Origin: Candidatus Obscuribacterales bacterium
Lineage (GTDB): Bacteria; Cyanobacteriota; Vampirovibrionia; Obscuribacterales; Obscuribacteraceae
Reading direction: 5' to 3'
NCBI GenBank assembly: GCA_019752635.1
Contig: JAIELX010000059.1
Coordinates: 63,191-127,190, forward strand
DNA: 64,000 nucleotides
Shown: positions 37,186 through 46,965 of the stretch, piece after piece
How the letters are laid out: each line of letters starts with the position of its first letter
Numbering within the stretch: the first letter of the stretch is position 1
Position numbers and translations under genes: made by a program
Notes under the pieces: generated by a model
Database searches by the model: none
What the model was told of the DNA's origin: nothing
Seen by the model: only the letters and a program-made list of their open reading frames with translations

Positions 37186-37983
37186 TTAACCGCGCATTTC
37201 GGTCAGGTTGCCTGATTCGTATCGGCGAAGACCGGTGTAGAAGACAACTATGCTTACGGAGAGCATAGCAAATGAGCCGGCAGTGCAAAGCAGTGCTTCA
37301 TTGACTGAAAATTTCCGCAGTGCCTCGACAGGCAGGTAGCCGACGAAAGCTGCAGGGATCAATGAATACAGCACTATCTTTACCGGACCGTCGAATAGAT
37401 TCGGTGGATAGGTGCTGAAGCTTATCAGCGAAAAGCGCCATTGCTCTGCCAGTGCTTCGGCGTTTCCGAGGAAGAAACCGAGAGAGCCGGTTAGGACGCT
37501 GAAGCCGACGAAACACACGGCAACTGAGATTAGCAGCAATAGAAACAATACAAAGTGCGGCAAGTCCGGACGGACGAGCACTACATATGCCACTATACCG
37601 AAAACAATGTCGCCCCAAGAGGTCACGTGCGTTTTTCCCAGCAGGAAGTGGGGAAGCAGTGCTCGGGGGTAGAGCATCCACGAATCAAGTCCGCCTTTTG
37701 CAATTGTGCCGGGAAGTGCAATTGCGTTGCCGAAGAAGCCGTGTGCAAGTCCAAATCCGGCAGCGACAACAGACCATAGTGTTACTACTTCATTCGCCGT
37801 CCAGTCGTTTAAAACCGGAAAACGTTGGAAGTACGAAGTCCAGAATCCCAACCAGAAAAAATCGTTGATGAACATGGCTCCGACCTGAGACCAGAATGCG
37901 GCACGATACTCGTATTCAGAATGAAAGTTCATGCGCACGTACGCGCAGAGGAGAGCAATGAACTTGAATAGTTTCTTGAACAT
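37186..37983 (-). CDS. ABC-2 type exporter permease (ABC2_membrane_6/DUF990-like)
   Basis: EYRAAF, GGLDSWMLYPR, FSTYPPNLF, LIPAAFVGYLP, GLRRYESGN. Confidence 0.9.
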   Translation of the reverse strand: MFKKLFKFIALLCAYVRMNFHSEYEYRAAFWSQVGAMFINDFFWLGFWTSYFQRFPVLNDWTANEVVTLWSVVAAGFGLAHGFFGNAIALPGTIAKGGLDSWMLYPRALLPHFLLGKTHVTSWGDIVFGIVAYVVLVRPDLPHFVLFLLLLISVAVCFVGFSVLTGSLGFFLGNAEALAEQWRFSLISFSTYPPNLFDGPVKIVLYSLIPAAFVGYLPVEALRKFSVNEALLCTAGSFAMLSVSIVVFYTGLRRYESGNLTEMRG

Positions 37984-37984
37984 T

Positions 37985-38779
37985 TTAGCCTCCGTTTGCA
38001 AAAACGCGACGCAGAACCATGCGCCAGACGAGAGTGATGCACAGACCCAAAACTACAATGCTCACGCATTGTCCGCGCCACAATTTGAGCAAAGTCTCGG
38101 GTTCCGGCATCAAGAACAAGTGTGCAGGTCCATAGACAATGTTTTGAAACGGCAATGCTTGGACCAACGGTTTTGACCACGCCGGAAAGAGCTCCAACGG
38201 CAGTAGCATACCGCCGAGGATCATCGAGATTCGGGAGTAGATAAGGAAAATTCCCGACGTATCTTCCAACCAGAATGCTGCCAAGCCGATGAGAAAGCAT
38301 CCGAGGAAGTCAACCACGAATGCCAGGGGAACGGCTACCAAAAGGTACGGCAGTCCAAGTGGCGACTCAAGGGGACCAACGAGCAGGAACGCAACGCAAG
38401 CGCCAACGAACAAATTGAGCACGAATCTTACGGCTCGTTCGCCGAAGTTTGCGCTAAGGATTGCTAGAGGGTAGCATAGCGGACGAACGAGTTTGACTGA
38501 GATAGCACCCGTGCGCACATCGTTATCTACTTGCTGCGTTACCCGTGGTGCAGAAAGCATTATTGCTTCCGTAATTGTGAGGTACCAGAGCATCTGAGGC
38601 AAAGTCAGATTACCCAACGTCTCGACACCACAGGCGGTGTATGTTGCCTGCCAGAGGCGCAGAAAGATGTAGAGTATTACTGCCAGAAAGATTATCCGGC
38701 CGTACACTTCGCTCACATATGCCAGGTCTGACCTACCGGCAAGCACTGCGATGAAAAAATATTTTCTGACGAATCTCAT
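37985..38779 (-). CDS. ABC-2 type exporter permease (second subunit)
   Basis: MLWYL, DVRTGAISVKLVRP, LGGMLLPLELFP, LPFQNIVYGP, C-terminal NGG. Confidence 0.9.
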   Translation of the reverse strand: MRFVRKYFFIAVLAGRSDLAYVSEVYGRIIFLAVILYIFLRLWQATYTACGVETLGNLTLPQMLWYLTITEAIMLSAPRVTQQVDNDVRTGAISVKLVRPLCYPLAILSANFGERAVRFVLNLFVGACVAFLLVGPLESPLGLPYLLVAVPLAFVVDFLGCFLIGLAAFWLEDTSGIFLIYSRISMILGGMLLPLELFPAWSKPLVQALPFQNIVYGPAHLFLMPEPETLLKLWRGQCVSIVVLGLCITLVWRMVLRRVFANGG

Positions 38780-38892
38780 GACTGTTACCTATTGATTGAT
38801 TTTCTGGAGAGTCCAGGGTTTGCGCCTGCAGTTGATCCCGGAAACGCCGGTTTCAGGTCTGCACCGGTACGCTATTCGCGGAACTGCAACTT

Positions 38893-39084
38893 CTAGAAAG
38901 AAGTCGCCAGGGCAGGCATCGCAGAGAGCTTTGCTTTAAGCCAGTGTGACGCCGTAGGACCGAGGTCGGCGATGACGAAGCCAACGATAAGCAGTGCTTG
39001 GCCAAATACTTCTGCAACAACGACGTACTCATCGTTGCCGGTCGCCAATAAGGCGAGGAATGTGCATCTGCGAAGAAATCTCAT
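38893..39084 (-). pseudogene. 63-aa truncated, diverged copy of the permease N-terminus (mini-gene or remnant)
   Basis: MRFLRRCTFLALLATGNDEYVVVAEVFGQALL resembles MRFVRKYFFIAVLAGRSDLAYVSEVYGRIIF. Has its own GGAGG RBS. Confidence 0.5.
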
Positions 39085-39338
39085 GATTTCTACCTCCGTT
39101 ACCTGATTTTTGAAAATGTTGTGGAAGCCGGTGTCTGAGCCGGCGCTCCCTGGAGCCTCAATTAAGTGTCACGCCATGGCGTGCGTCTGCATCCGGTCAC
39201 GGCGCGTCTGTTGCGCGGAGCTACCGGCCCGGACGCGAACAGCGCAACTGCAATTCAGAAAGAGACGTTCCGGAAGTGGGCAAGATGCCGGTGCTCACGG
39301 ACGCTAAGCGATTTCGAAAACGAGGACTTAATTGCGAA

Positions 39339-40307
39339 CTAGCCGACGAATGCGCAAGGCGTTGCTGCGTAGATGTGTGCGATTACATCTTCGAGCGGCG
39401 GGTCTTCAATGCTCACATCAGCCACTGGGGCAAAGTTGAGCACCTCCGCTATTACTTCCGGTACCGGAGCTATCCGGGTATCCACTTCGTAGGTCCTGGA
39501 GAGACCATCCGCGGAAAGAAGTTTTACGCCATGCAATTGCTTCTCTTGCGGTCTGGAGTGAAAGACTACGCTTAAGAGTTTCGAGTTGAGGTGATCTTTT
39601 CGAACACTTGAAACGCTGTCGTCTAGCACTATTCGTCCGTGGTTTACAACAATTACTCGTTCTGCAACAGCCTCGATGTCACCGGCGTCATGACTCGTGA
39701 GAAAGACGGTTACGCCTTCATTACGATTCCATTCGCGAATGAGCTCTCTTAGCTCCTGCCGTGCAACTACGTCGAGACCGATGGTCGGCTCATCGAGGAA
39801 AACAAGCTTGGGGTTGTGCAAAAGACTGGCGGCGATTTCCGCCCTCATCCTTTGTCCCAAAGAAAGTTTTCTGACTTGCGTTTTCAGAAAGGGCGCAAGC
39901 TTGAAACGCTCAACCAACATATCCCTGCGTTGATGGAACTCGCGTTGATCGAGGTCGTACACTCTCGCCAGTAGTTCGAACGTGTCGTCCGGTGGCAAGT
40001 GATACCACAATTGTGATCGTTGTCCGAAGACAACTCCGATTTCTCGAGCGAGTTTGCTTCTTTGTGACCAGGGTTCAAGACCCAAGACTTCTACGGAGCC
40101 GGAAGTTGGCCTCAAGATGCCAGTTAGCATTTTGATGGTTGTGGATTTTCCGGCGCCATTAGGTCCAATGAACGCAACTGACTGGCCTTGAGGCACGTAG
40201 AGTGTAAGCCCGTTTACGGCTTCGACTTCAGTGCGGGCACGATTGAACCCCTTACCTATACGGAGCTCAAAAGTCTTGCGTAGATTTTCTACTGAGACAG
40301 CGTTCAT
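39339..40307 (-). CDS. ABC exporter ATP-binding protein
   Basis: Walker A GPNGAGKST, signature LSLGQRMR, Walker B FLDEPT, H-loop TSHD. ATG at 40307 has a GGAGA RBS. Confidence 0.95.
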   Translation of the reverse strand: MNAVSVENLRKTFELRIGKGFNRARTEVEAVNGLTLYVPQGQSVAFIGPNGAGKSTTIKMLTGILRPTSGSVEVLGLEPWSQRSKLAREIGVVFGQRSQLWYHLPPDDTFELLARVYDLDQREFHQRRDMLVERFKLAPFLKTQVRKLSLGQRMRAEIAASLLHNPKLVFLDEPTIGLDVVARQELRELIREWNRNEGVTVFLTSHDAGDIEAVAERVIVVNHGRIVLDDSVSSVRKDHLNSKLLSVVFHSRPQEKQLHGVKLLSADGLSRTYEVDTRIAPVPEVIAEVLNFAPVADVSIEDPPLEDVIAHIYAATPCAFVG

Positions 40308-40334
40308 TGGTGATTCTCCATTCAAAAAACGGCC

Positions 40335-40506
40335 AAAAAAATAACCCCCCTGCGTTACTTAATTCAGGGAGGCCGGCCATGCGTTATCGTCGATTAAGTC
40401 AATACGTGCGCGGCTCTCCTCGTCCTTTCGGGATCGAAAGAACGGTGGCGGTTGCTGGCATATATTGGTGATTTCGCATACTATCCATTTTCCACAGCAA
40501 TGGCAA
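40335..40506 (-). promoter_or_regulatory. Attenuator-like leader: promoter, 20-aa leader ORF (40461-40399) and intrinsic terminator (40372-40335)
   Basis: TTGCCA-17-TAGTAT. MPATTAVLSIPKGRGEPRTY*. CCTCCCTG...CAGGGGGG followed by TTATTTTTTT upstream of the ATPase start. Confidence 0.6.
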
Positions 40507-40585
40507 AGTGTCAACACAATGTTGAGTAAATGATTAAACACCCGGGAAAAACCTCATTCCCAAATGCGAATCGGAGTCATATTAT

Positions 40586-41653
40586 GTGTTGAAAAGGCTG
40601 TATCAGTTCTTGTGGAAACTGAACAAAGTCATGAAAACGTTTGGTGTATCAAGGTATTTCCGGAATTTGCCGTTTCAACGCGCGCCTCGTTCGAGACGTT
40701 CGGGTCGTTTGAGGCTCTGGCTCTATATCACCGGCGCGTTGTCCTGTGCGCTTTGCTGGCCGGTGCAAGATGCAGCCGTCATGGCGCAGTCACTCGAACC
40801 GGTGCAGCGGACCGACACTTATACTATTACCGGCTCGCTGATGCGATCGCCAATCTCTGCCGATTCCGCTTCAGAAAATAGTGCTGCCGACACAAGTACC
40901 TACACGGGCGATGATGATGTCTTCGATGATCGAAAGGCGAACGCACTTTTGCAATCTTCCGAGTATGATGAGTTGATTCGCAATTGCAATGCCGTTCTCG
41001 ATCGGAACGCGTTGTGCGCATGGGCTCGGTTCTACAGGGGGTGCGCTTACTTTCACCAGGACGATTTACGCGCAGCCGTGCGTGATTTTAAACAAACGTC
41101 CGATGATGATTATTTTGGACGAACATCGCACATCTGGTTGGGATCGGCCTATGAACGACTGAAGAAGTATCAAACATCTTTGGTTCACTACAGCGAAGCA
41201 CTGAAAGGTGGAGTTAAGGATGCCAGCTTGCTGGTTTCTCGTGGATGTATCATGAACTTGCTGGGGCGGTGGCACGATGCAATTGATGATTTTGATAAGG
41301 CCATTGAATTGCAACCGGGCAACGCTCTGTCTCTAAGTCATCGCGGGTATGCCTACGCCAAGCTCAGCAATTTTGAAGAAGCGCTGAGCGATTTTTCAGC
41401 CGCGCTGTCAATTGATTCCGGGCTATCGCTTGCTTACAATTACCGCGGTTTTGTACTTAATCAGAGAAAAGATTTTGATGCAGCAATTGAAGACTTCACT
41501 AAAGCCGTCGAACTAAGTCCAGAGTATGCCGCAGCATACGTCAACAGGGGGTGCGCCTATTTCGCCAAAGGTGACAATGAGCGCGCCGACAAGGATTTTC
41601 GCAAAGCGAAAGAATTAGATTCACATATGCGAGACAGACGTCCCGTTCTCTAA
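40586..41653 (+). CDS. TPR-repeat protein, membrane-anchored or secreted
   Basis: Multiple TPRs (AIDDFDKAIELQP, AYNYRG, AYVNRG). The start is uncertain. Confidence 0.9.
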   Translation: MLKRLYQFLWKLNKVMKTFGVSRYFRNLPFQRAPRSRRSGRLRLWLYITGALSCALCWPVQDAAVMAQSLEPVQRTDTYTITGSLMRSPISADSASENSAADTSTYTGDDDVFDDRKANALLQSSEYDELIRNCNAVLDRNALCAWARFYRGCAYFHQDDLRAAVRDFKQTSDDDYFGRTSHIWLGSAYERLKKYQTSLVHYSEALKGGVKDASLLVSRGCIMNLLGRWHDAIDDFDKAIELQPGNALSLSHRGYAYAKLSNFEEALSDFSAALSIDSGLSLAYNYRGFVLNQRKDFDAAIEDFTKAVELSPEYAAAYVNRGCAYFAKGDNERADKDFRKAKELDSHMRDRRPVL

Positions 41654-41705
41654 TAAAGTCCTTGAGCGTGACACCGTAGACGGTATCGGTGGACCCGGGT
41701 TGAAG

Positions 41706-42116
41706 TCAGTGTTGTCCTTGCGCTGTAGCCGGTGGTTCCTCGCTTATTACATTCCATTTGGTAAGTAATGCGCGGAGCGTATCCATCATTACGGGCTTGA
41801 GCACAAAGTCATCCATTCCTGCCAGCTTGCACCGATCCTGTGCCGGAAAGGCCGTTAGGGCAATGATTGGCACTCTTGGTCGATTATTTTTCGTTTCATG
41901 ATCGCGAATTCTGATGGCTGCGGTTACCCCGTCCATCATCGGAAGACCAAGGTCCATTATTATTACGGCATATTCAGTACCGGACGTTGCCAGCTCTACT
42001 GCGCGCAGCCCGTCCTCGGCCGTATGACAATCCAGGCAAAGCTGCTTAAGCTGCCGCCTGCCCATAAAGCGCAGGGTTGGATCGTCTTCGACTAGGAGCA
42101 CCAGATTTGTTGACAT
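41706..42116 (-). CDS. Single-domain response regulator (CheY-like)
   Basis: VLLVEDD, IIMDLGLPMMDG, IIALTA, GMDDFVLKP. Confidence 0.92.
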   Translation of the reverse strand: MSTNLVLLVEDDPTLRFMGRRQLKQLCLDCHTAEDGLRAVELATSGTEYAVIIMDLGLPMMDGVTAAIRIRDHETKNNRPRVPIIALTAFPAQDRCKLAGMDDFVLKPVMMDTLRALLTKWNVISEEPPATAQGQH

Positions 42117-42319
42117 GGGGTCTTATCGCGTGTCCGAAATGGTACCAGAACCTCCCTGGAGATTTAGCGAAGTCGGGTATTCTTCAACAATAACCGATAC
42201 GAATGTCCGATCGAAGTGACAGCGACGAGTGAAAGCCCGTCCGGCCCGGCACTCAAAGATTTGATCGTGACATCAAAATGTGATCAAAACGTGCAAATTG
42301 GCACTAGCCGGAGTGAAGT

Positions 42320-43555
42320 CTAGAGCACGCGGCAAATCAGCACTTTCAGGTAGCCGGTCTCAGGGGCGGAAATCATAACCGGATGATCGCTGCCATTTTG
42401 GAAAACCTCCAGCACTTGAACGCTGCGTCCGGTTCGAGCGGCAGCGTCATGAATAGTGCCGCAAAATTCATCGAGAGTAACGCTGCCTGTGCAAGAGCAG
42501 GTCATGAGCAGCGCTCCCGGCGCAACACACTGAATCCCCAGTTCGTTGAGTCTGGTGTAGCCCTTAAGAGCGTTGTTCTTTTCCTTGTGCGTTTTTGCAA
42601 AGGCAGGCGGGTCCAGAATTACCAGGTCGAACTTGTTGCCTTGTTCGTTCTGACTTTCCAACCACTTAAACGCATCGGCACATACAAATGTGTGTCGCTG
42701 GTCCGACATGTTGTTTTCTGCAAAATTTCTCTCTGCCAAATTCAGCGCTTTTTGCGATTCGTCTACATTCACTGTCGAGATCGATTCGTTAGCTGCCAGC
42801 ATGGCTATTGAAAAACCGGAGCTGTAGCAGAAGCAATTGGCGATTTTGGCGGACAGGGGAAAAAGGCGTGCATATCGCATTAGCGCCTGGCGCTTGTCTC
42901 GCTGGTCGGAGAAGAATCCAGTTTTTTGCCCGCGCACAAGATCGACGACGAACTTGAGATTGTGTTCTTTCACTATTACTTCGCGATCAAGTTCGCCTTC
43001 AAGCAGTCTCGTCTCTTCGAGTTGGAGACCTTCTCTCTTGCGGACGGGGGCATCGTTTCGCAGAAGTATGGTCGTTGCACCGGTAACGGTTTTTAAGGAC
43101 GACACAAACTCGGGCAGGAGTCTGTCGCTTCCTGCGGTGTGCGATTGAACAACGAGAATTCCGGCAAAGGAGTCGACTATGAAACCGGGCAGCGAGTCGC
43201 CCTCGGAGTTAATCAATCGAAAGACATCGGTGGCATCCAGATCGATTGATTGCCTTCTCAGCGCAACTGCTTCTTTGATGCGCTGCTCCAGAAATGCCCC
43301 GTCAATTTCTTGTTGCGCGTCTCGGGTGAGAACTCGTACTGCAATGTCGCAATTTGAATTGTAGTATCCGCGTGCAACGAATTTTCCGTTCAGATCGACG
43401 AGATCCACGAGCGACCCCGGATCTGCTTTTCCGGGGGCTTGCGATATTGCTCCTGAGAACAGCCACGGGTGACCTCTCAGGAGTTGCCACTCTCGCCCTT
43501 TTTTGATTGAAATTTTTGGGAGTGCCAAGGTGGAATACCGGATTCGTGATGTCAA
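42320..43555 (-). CDS. rlmI: RlmI-family class I SAM-dependent rRNA methyltransferase
   Basis: GHPWLFS (PUA), RLINSEGDSLPG, GQKTGFFSDQR, FDLVILDPPAF, TCSC, YLK. Confidence 0.85.
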   Translation of the reverse strand: MTSRIRYSTLALPKISIKKGREWQLLRGHPWLFSGAISQAPGKADPGSLVDLVDLNGKFVARGYYNSNCDIAVRVLTRDAQQEIDGAFLEQRIKEAVALRRQSIDLDATDVFRLINSEGDSLPGFIVDSFAGILVVQSHTAGSDRLLPEFVSSLKTVTGATTILLRNDAPVRKREGLQLEETRLLEGELDREVIVKEHNLKFVVDLVRGQKTGFFSDQRDKRQALMRYARLFPLSAKIANCFCYSSGFSIAMLAANESISTVNVDESQKALNLAERNFAENNMSDQRHTFVCADAFKWLESQNEQGNKFDLVILDPPAFAKTHKEKNNALKGYTRLNELGIQCVAPGALLMTCSCTGSVTLDEFCGTIHDAAARTGRSVQVLEVFQNGSDHPVMISAPETGYLKVLICRVL

Positions 43556-43660
43556 TGCTGCAACGGGGTCAATCGCTACAGTGGTTGGTAGTCTTGCACA
43601 GATCGGTTCTGTTGGCTATTTCCCGGAGGGCTAATTTGCGGGATCTTAAACAGGTTCACC

Positions 43661-44182
43661 GTGATCGATTTGTTGGCACCGGCGAAGGGCATGAATCACC
43701 TAGAGACGACGGAGGCGATGATGGCCGACCACCTACAATCCAAAATGTTGGCTCCGCCGCCTTATCTTGTGGTGCAGAACCTGTATCGGGGACCATTGCC
43801 GGATCAGGTGATTTTTCAGGAGATTCAAAAGGCTGGCATTCGCCGTCTCATAACACTCTGCGATGAGTGGTCTCCCTCACGAGATACCAAGCAACACTGC
43901 AAGCATCTCGGTCTGGAAAACCATCACATACCATTGAGCCCGTTTTACCGACCGGGCAAGAGTGATATTCAGCGATTCTTACAACTGTTGGATGAACGCG
44001 ACACTGTACCAACTTATGTACATTGCATTCACGGGCGCGATAGAACGGGCTGCATGCTCGGGATCTTTCGCCTCACGCAAGGTTGGTCCTACGAAGATGC
44101 GCTCAGTGAGATGCAAGAGCATGGCTTCTGCATGGATTTTACCGAGTTGATTGCGTCGGTGCGTAGTTACGCCGATTATTGA
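43661..44182 (+). CDS. Tyrosine/dual-specificity phosphatase
   Basis: LYRG and the CX5R motif VHCIHGRDRTG. Confidence 0.9.
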   Translation: MIDLLAPAKGMNHLETTEAMMADHLQSKMLAPPPYLVVQNLYRGPLPDQVIFQEIQKAGIRRLITLCDEWSPSRDTKQHCKHLGLENHHIPLSPFYRPGKSDIQRFLQLLDERDTVPTYVHCIHGRDRTGCMLGIFRLTQGWSYEDALSEMQEHGFCMDFTELIASVRSYADY

Positions 44183-44186
44183 ACTG

Positions 44187-44441
44187 TTAGTTAAGATTGC
44201 GCTGTGCGAAGATTGAGGCCGCATCCATTCCCGGAATTCTGACGCAGTCTGCGTGACCGCACGGACATTCTGAGTGAAGACCCGATTGTTCCAGGAATTT
44301 CTTTTCGCACTCAGGACCGCAGAACCGTTGTTCTTCTCTAATGAAGCACGAGCAATCTTTAAACGAGCATGGAACTTTTACCGGAGCGTCTTGCATCGCA
44401 GTGAGTTCTTCTTCGACAACTGCTGATCTAGCATCACACAT
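44187..44441 (-). CDS. Bacterial metallothionein-like protein
   Basis: GGAGGTG RBS. PCSFKDCSCF..FCGPEC..ECPCGHADC. Confidence 0.7.
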   Translation of the reverse strand: MCDARSAVVEEELTAMQDAPVKVPCSFKDCSCFIREEQRFCGPECEKKFLEQSGLHSECPCGHADCVRIPGMDAASIFAQRNLN

Positions 44442-44740
44442 TTGGGCACCTCCGCTGGATTTTCGGGGAGGGCCTGTCAGTTAGTTCAATACTTTGACAG
44501 CCCGTTCTTTTCTTTCGACGTCCAATGGAGGGAGCGGTGTTCCCTTGCCAGTGTTCTAGATGAACGACTCGGCAGGAGCGTTAAGTAGGCTGCCCGCAAG
44601 CGCAGACCGGCATGTGGAGTTGAGATCTAGCGAACGAGGTTTGCGATGACTACGCCCAGTGAAGTAGCAGCTACGACATAAGCAAAAACAATCAGCATTT
44701 GATCCACCTCTAATGTACTTACAGAGTTCTAGACGCGGAA

Positions 44741-45124
44741 TTGTCAAAAAAGTTCAGGTGTTTCGTTGAATTTGAGCAATTTTTCATGAACAACATCATG
44801 TCAACGTCCGTGCTGGATGCTGCTTCGGCAGTCCAGGAAAGGGGGCTCGGTTTCGCTTTAGTTATCGGGTGGTGTGTTCGAGGGGGCTTGACAATCGTGG
44901 CGGCTGAGGCGGATGTCATTTGGGTTTCTTTGGTACAAGGCGGAAAAGCATGCCATAGCCGTGTTTCTCACGGAGACCTCTCTGCGCTTGTTGCGGGAGC
45001 TGCGACTGCTTTGTCCTCGAATTTCCTGACAGCGGTTGATATGAATGCACACTCAGAACTGTCGGGGGGGACATTTATAGAATGGTTAGACAGCCGGTTC
45101 AGACTGCGGAGGACAATATGTTGA
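44741..45124 (+). CDS. Possible hypothetical protein
   Basis: The ORF fills the intergenic gap but has no motif and overlaps the next gene. It may be spurious. Confidence 0.25.
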   Translation: MSKKFRCFVEFEQFFMNNIMSTSVLDAASAVQERGLGFALVIGWCVRGGLTIVAAEADVIWVSLVQGGKACHSRVSHGDLSALVAGAATALSSNFLTAVDMNAHSELSGGTFIEWLDSRFRLRRTIC

Positions 45125-46149
45125 ATCGTACAGGCAGATGTCAGCTGCTAGTGGTATTGATGGCGTTTGCCGTCGTGACATCCGCGTTGTTCGCCGTGGA
45201 ATCCCGTGCTCAGTATAAGGAATCCTATCGTGGCGGTGAGGGACAGTGGGGGCAGTGCTGTCACGAATGTGTACCCCCTGAGGTACCCGCTGGTCCGGCT
45301 GCCACTCCGGCGCCGCCCCCGCCGCCTCCAGCACCGCCGCCACCGCCTGTAACGCCGCCTCCGGAGAAGCTGGCCATGCCGACTCCGGTACCACCACCTT
45401 TTTCGCCCGGTGTAGTCGTTCCGAATGACGTATCCGCCGCCGCCGCTAGAATGCCTGCGCAACCGCCCGGTCTGAGACCGCTGGTGCAAAACTTGATTCT
45501 TCTATCCGACAACAAGTTTCCGTTTCCGAAGAGCAAAGACCGGGGCGACGGCATCATAGTCAGAGCGGAGGAACACTCGTCGACCGAGCGCCCCTCCCCC
45601 TGCTCAGTGAAAATTCACTCAGGTCGGGTCCTTGTATCGGTTCGGCGACCGTCGGAAGTGGGGTTGGCGATAACGGACCTGGCCGAGATTTCCCTCGCAT
45701 CCGACAGCGACGTGCTGATCGGTGCGGAGAATGGGTTGGTCCGGGTGCTGAATTTGGATTCGCGCGGGTCGGCATGCAAAATCAAGTTGGGGAAAAATGT
45801 CCTCAACGATGCGAATAACAAGATCATTTCAATCAAGCCCGGAACCGAGCTTGTCTTTAGCAACTCGAAACTGAACCGACACGTCTTGCGCCCGTCTGAC
45901 GGTATTGCGCGACGCCGGTCGAAGCTGTTGGAAGATGGTCGCATTGCCCTGACAGAATTCTCATTGGCGACGGTGATGCAATCCTGCGATTTAATTGTGC
46001 AACTTGAACAAGAATCTTCCAACCATAAAGCGCAGCGTATGTTGACGGACATGTCAAAAATGGCTGCCGTTCTGAACTACATGAACGGACCCGGATTCAC
46101 CTATGGTGGAGTCGGAAACCAGGTTGCCGGAAAGAACCAGATTCAGTAA
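45118..46149 (+). CDS. Secreted Pro-rich protein with a FecR-like beta domain
   Basis: GGAGGA RBS, signal peptide, poly-Pro linker, VKIHSGRVLV...SIKPGTEL. Confidence 0.7.
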   Translation: MLNRTGRCQLLVVLMAFAVVTSALFAVESRAQYKESYRGGEGQWGQCCHECVPPEVPAGPAATPAPPPPPPAPPPPPVTPPPEKLAMPTPVPPPFSPGVVVPNDVSAAAARMPAQPPGLRPLVQNLILLSDNKFPFPKSKDRGDGIIVRAEEHSSTERPSPCSVKIHSGRVLVSVRRPSEVGLAITDLAEISLASDSDVLIGAENGLVRVLNLDSRGSACKIKLGKNVLNDANNKIISIKPGTELVFSNSKLNRHVLRPSDGIARRRSKLLEDGRIALTEFSLATVMQSCDLIVQLEQESSNHKAQRMLTDMSKMAAVLNYMNGPGFTYGGVGNQVAGKNQIQ

Positions 46150-46163
46150 AAATTCGGGTAACC

Positions 46164-46928
46164 ATGGGTGGTATCGAGCGGTTATCGATCGAGGTTACGA
46201 ACAAGTGCGCGAAGGCGTGTTCCTTTTGCTACAACAGTAGTTTGCCGGGGGGAGGCACAACTTGGACCCGCGACAATCTGGTCGACTTTGTTTCGGATTG
46301 TGCGGGCTTTGGCGTCAAAGCCGTGTCTTTCGGAGGCGGTGAACCGTTTCAGTACGAAGGAATTTTCGATGTACTTGATTCTCTACGCGGCAAAGTGTTT
46401 CGTTCGATGACTACCAACGGACTTCTCCTGGAAGCGAATTGGGATAGTCTGTTGCAGGTGCGACCCGATAAAGTGCATGTCTCAATTCACTTTCCGGACA
46501 ACAAAGGGGAAGTAGAAAAAGTCGTTCAGCAGGTCACCGAGCTGGCGTCGGCTGGTATCAAAAGCGGTGTCAACTTTTTGGTGCGGAAATCAATGCTCGC
46601 CCAGTCCGTGGAAGCTGCGCATTTGGTCCGGAACCATGGTATTTCTAATGAGAGAATCGTCTATCTCCCTATGCGAGGTTTTGATACGCCAACGCCGAGA
46701 CAGGTTGCATTAGTCGCGGGCGATACGCCCTTTCAGTCCATGTCCTGTCTCAGCAAATGCGCCGCGAGTCCAAGATTTTGTTCAATTGGATGGGATAAGA
46801 AAGTGGGGTGGTGCTCGTACACCACGGAGCGCGCAGCTTTAGCCGAGCTGTCTTTCGCCGGACTACAGACCGCGTTGACTGGACTAGGGCTAGTCTTTTG
46901 CGGCGGCACTGATGAACAAGTAGCGTAA
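46164..46928 (+). CDS. Radical SAM protein
   Basis: IEVTNKCAKACSFCY (CxxxCxxC), SFGGGEP, TTNG. Confidence 0.92.
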   Translation: MGGIERLSIEVTNKCAKACSFCYNSSLPGGGTTWTRDNLVDFVSDCAGFGVKAVSFGGGEPFQYEGIFDVLDSLRGKVFRSMTTNGLLLEANWDSLLQVRPDKVHVSIHFPDNKGEVEKVVQQVTELASAGIKSGVNFLVRKSMLAQSVEAAHLVRNHGISNERIVYLPMRGFDTPTPRQVALVAGDTPFQSMSCLSKCAASPRFCSIGWDKKVGWCSYTTERAALAELSFAGLQTALTGLGLVFCGGTDEQVA

Positions 46929-46965
46929 GTCATGGTCACCTTTTTCATCGACGGGAGCATTGGTA

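Noticed and set aside
43661..44182. Phosphatase as part of the FHA/kinase/lyase system
   Set aside because: It lies 35 kb away among unrelated genes, lacks the shared domains, and shows no evidence of linkage.
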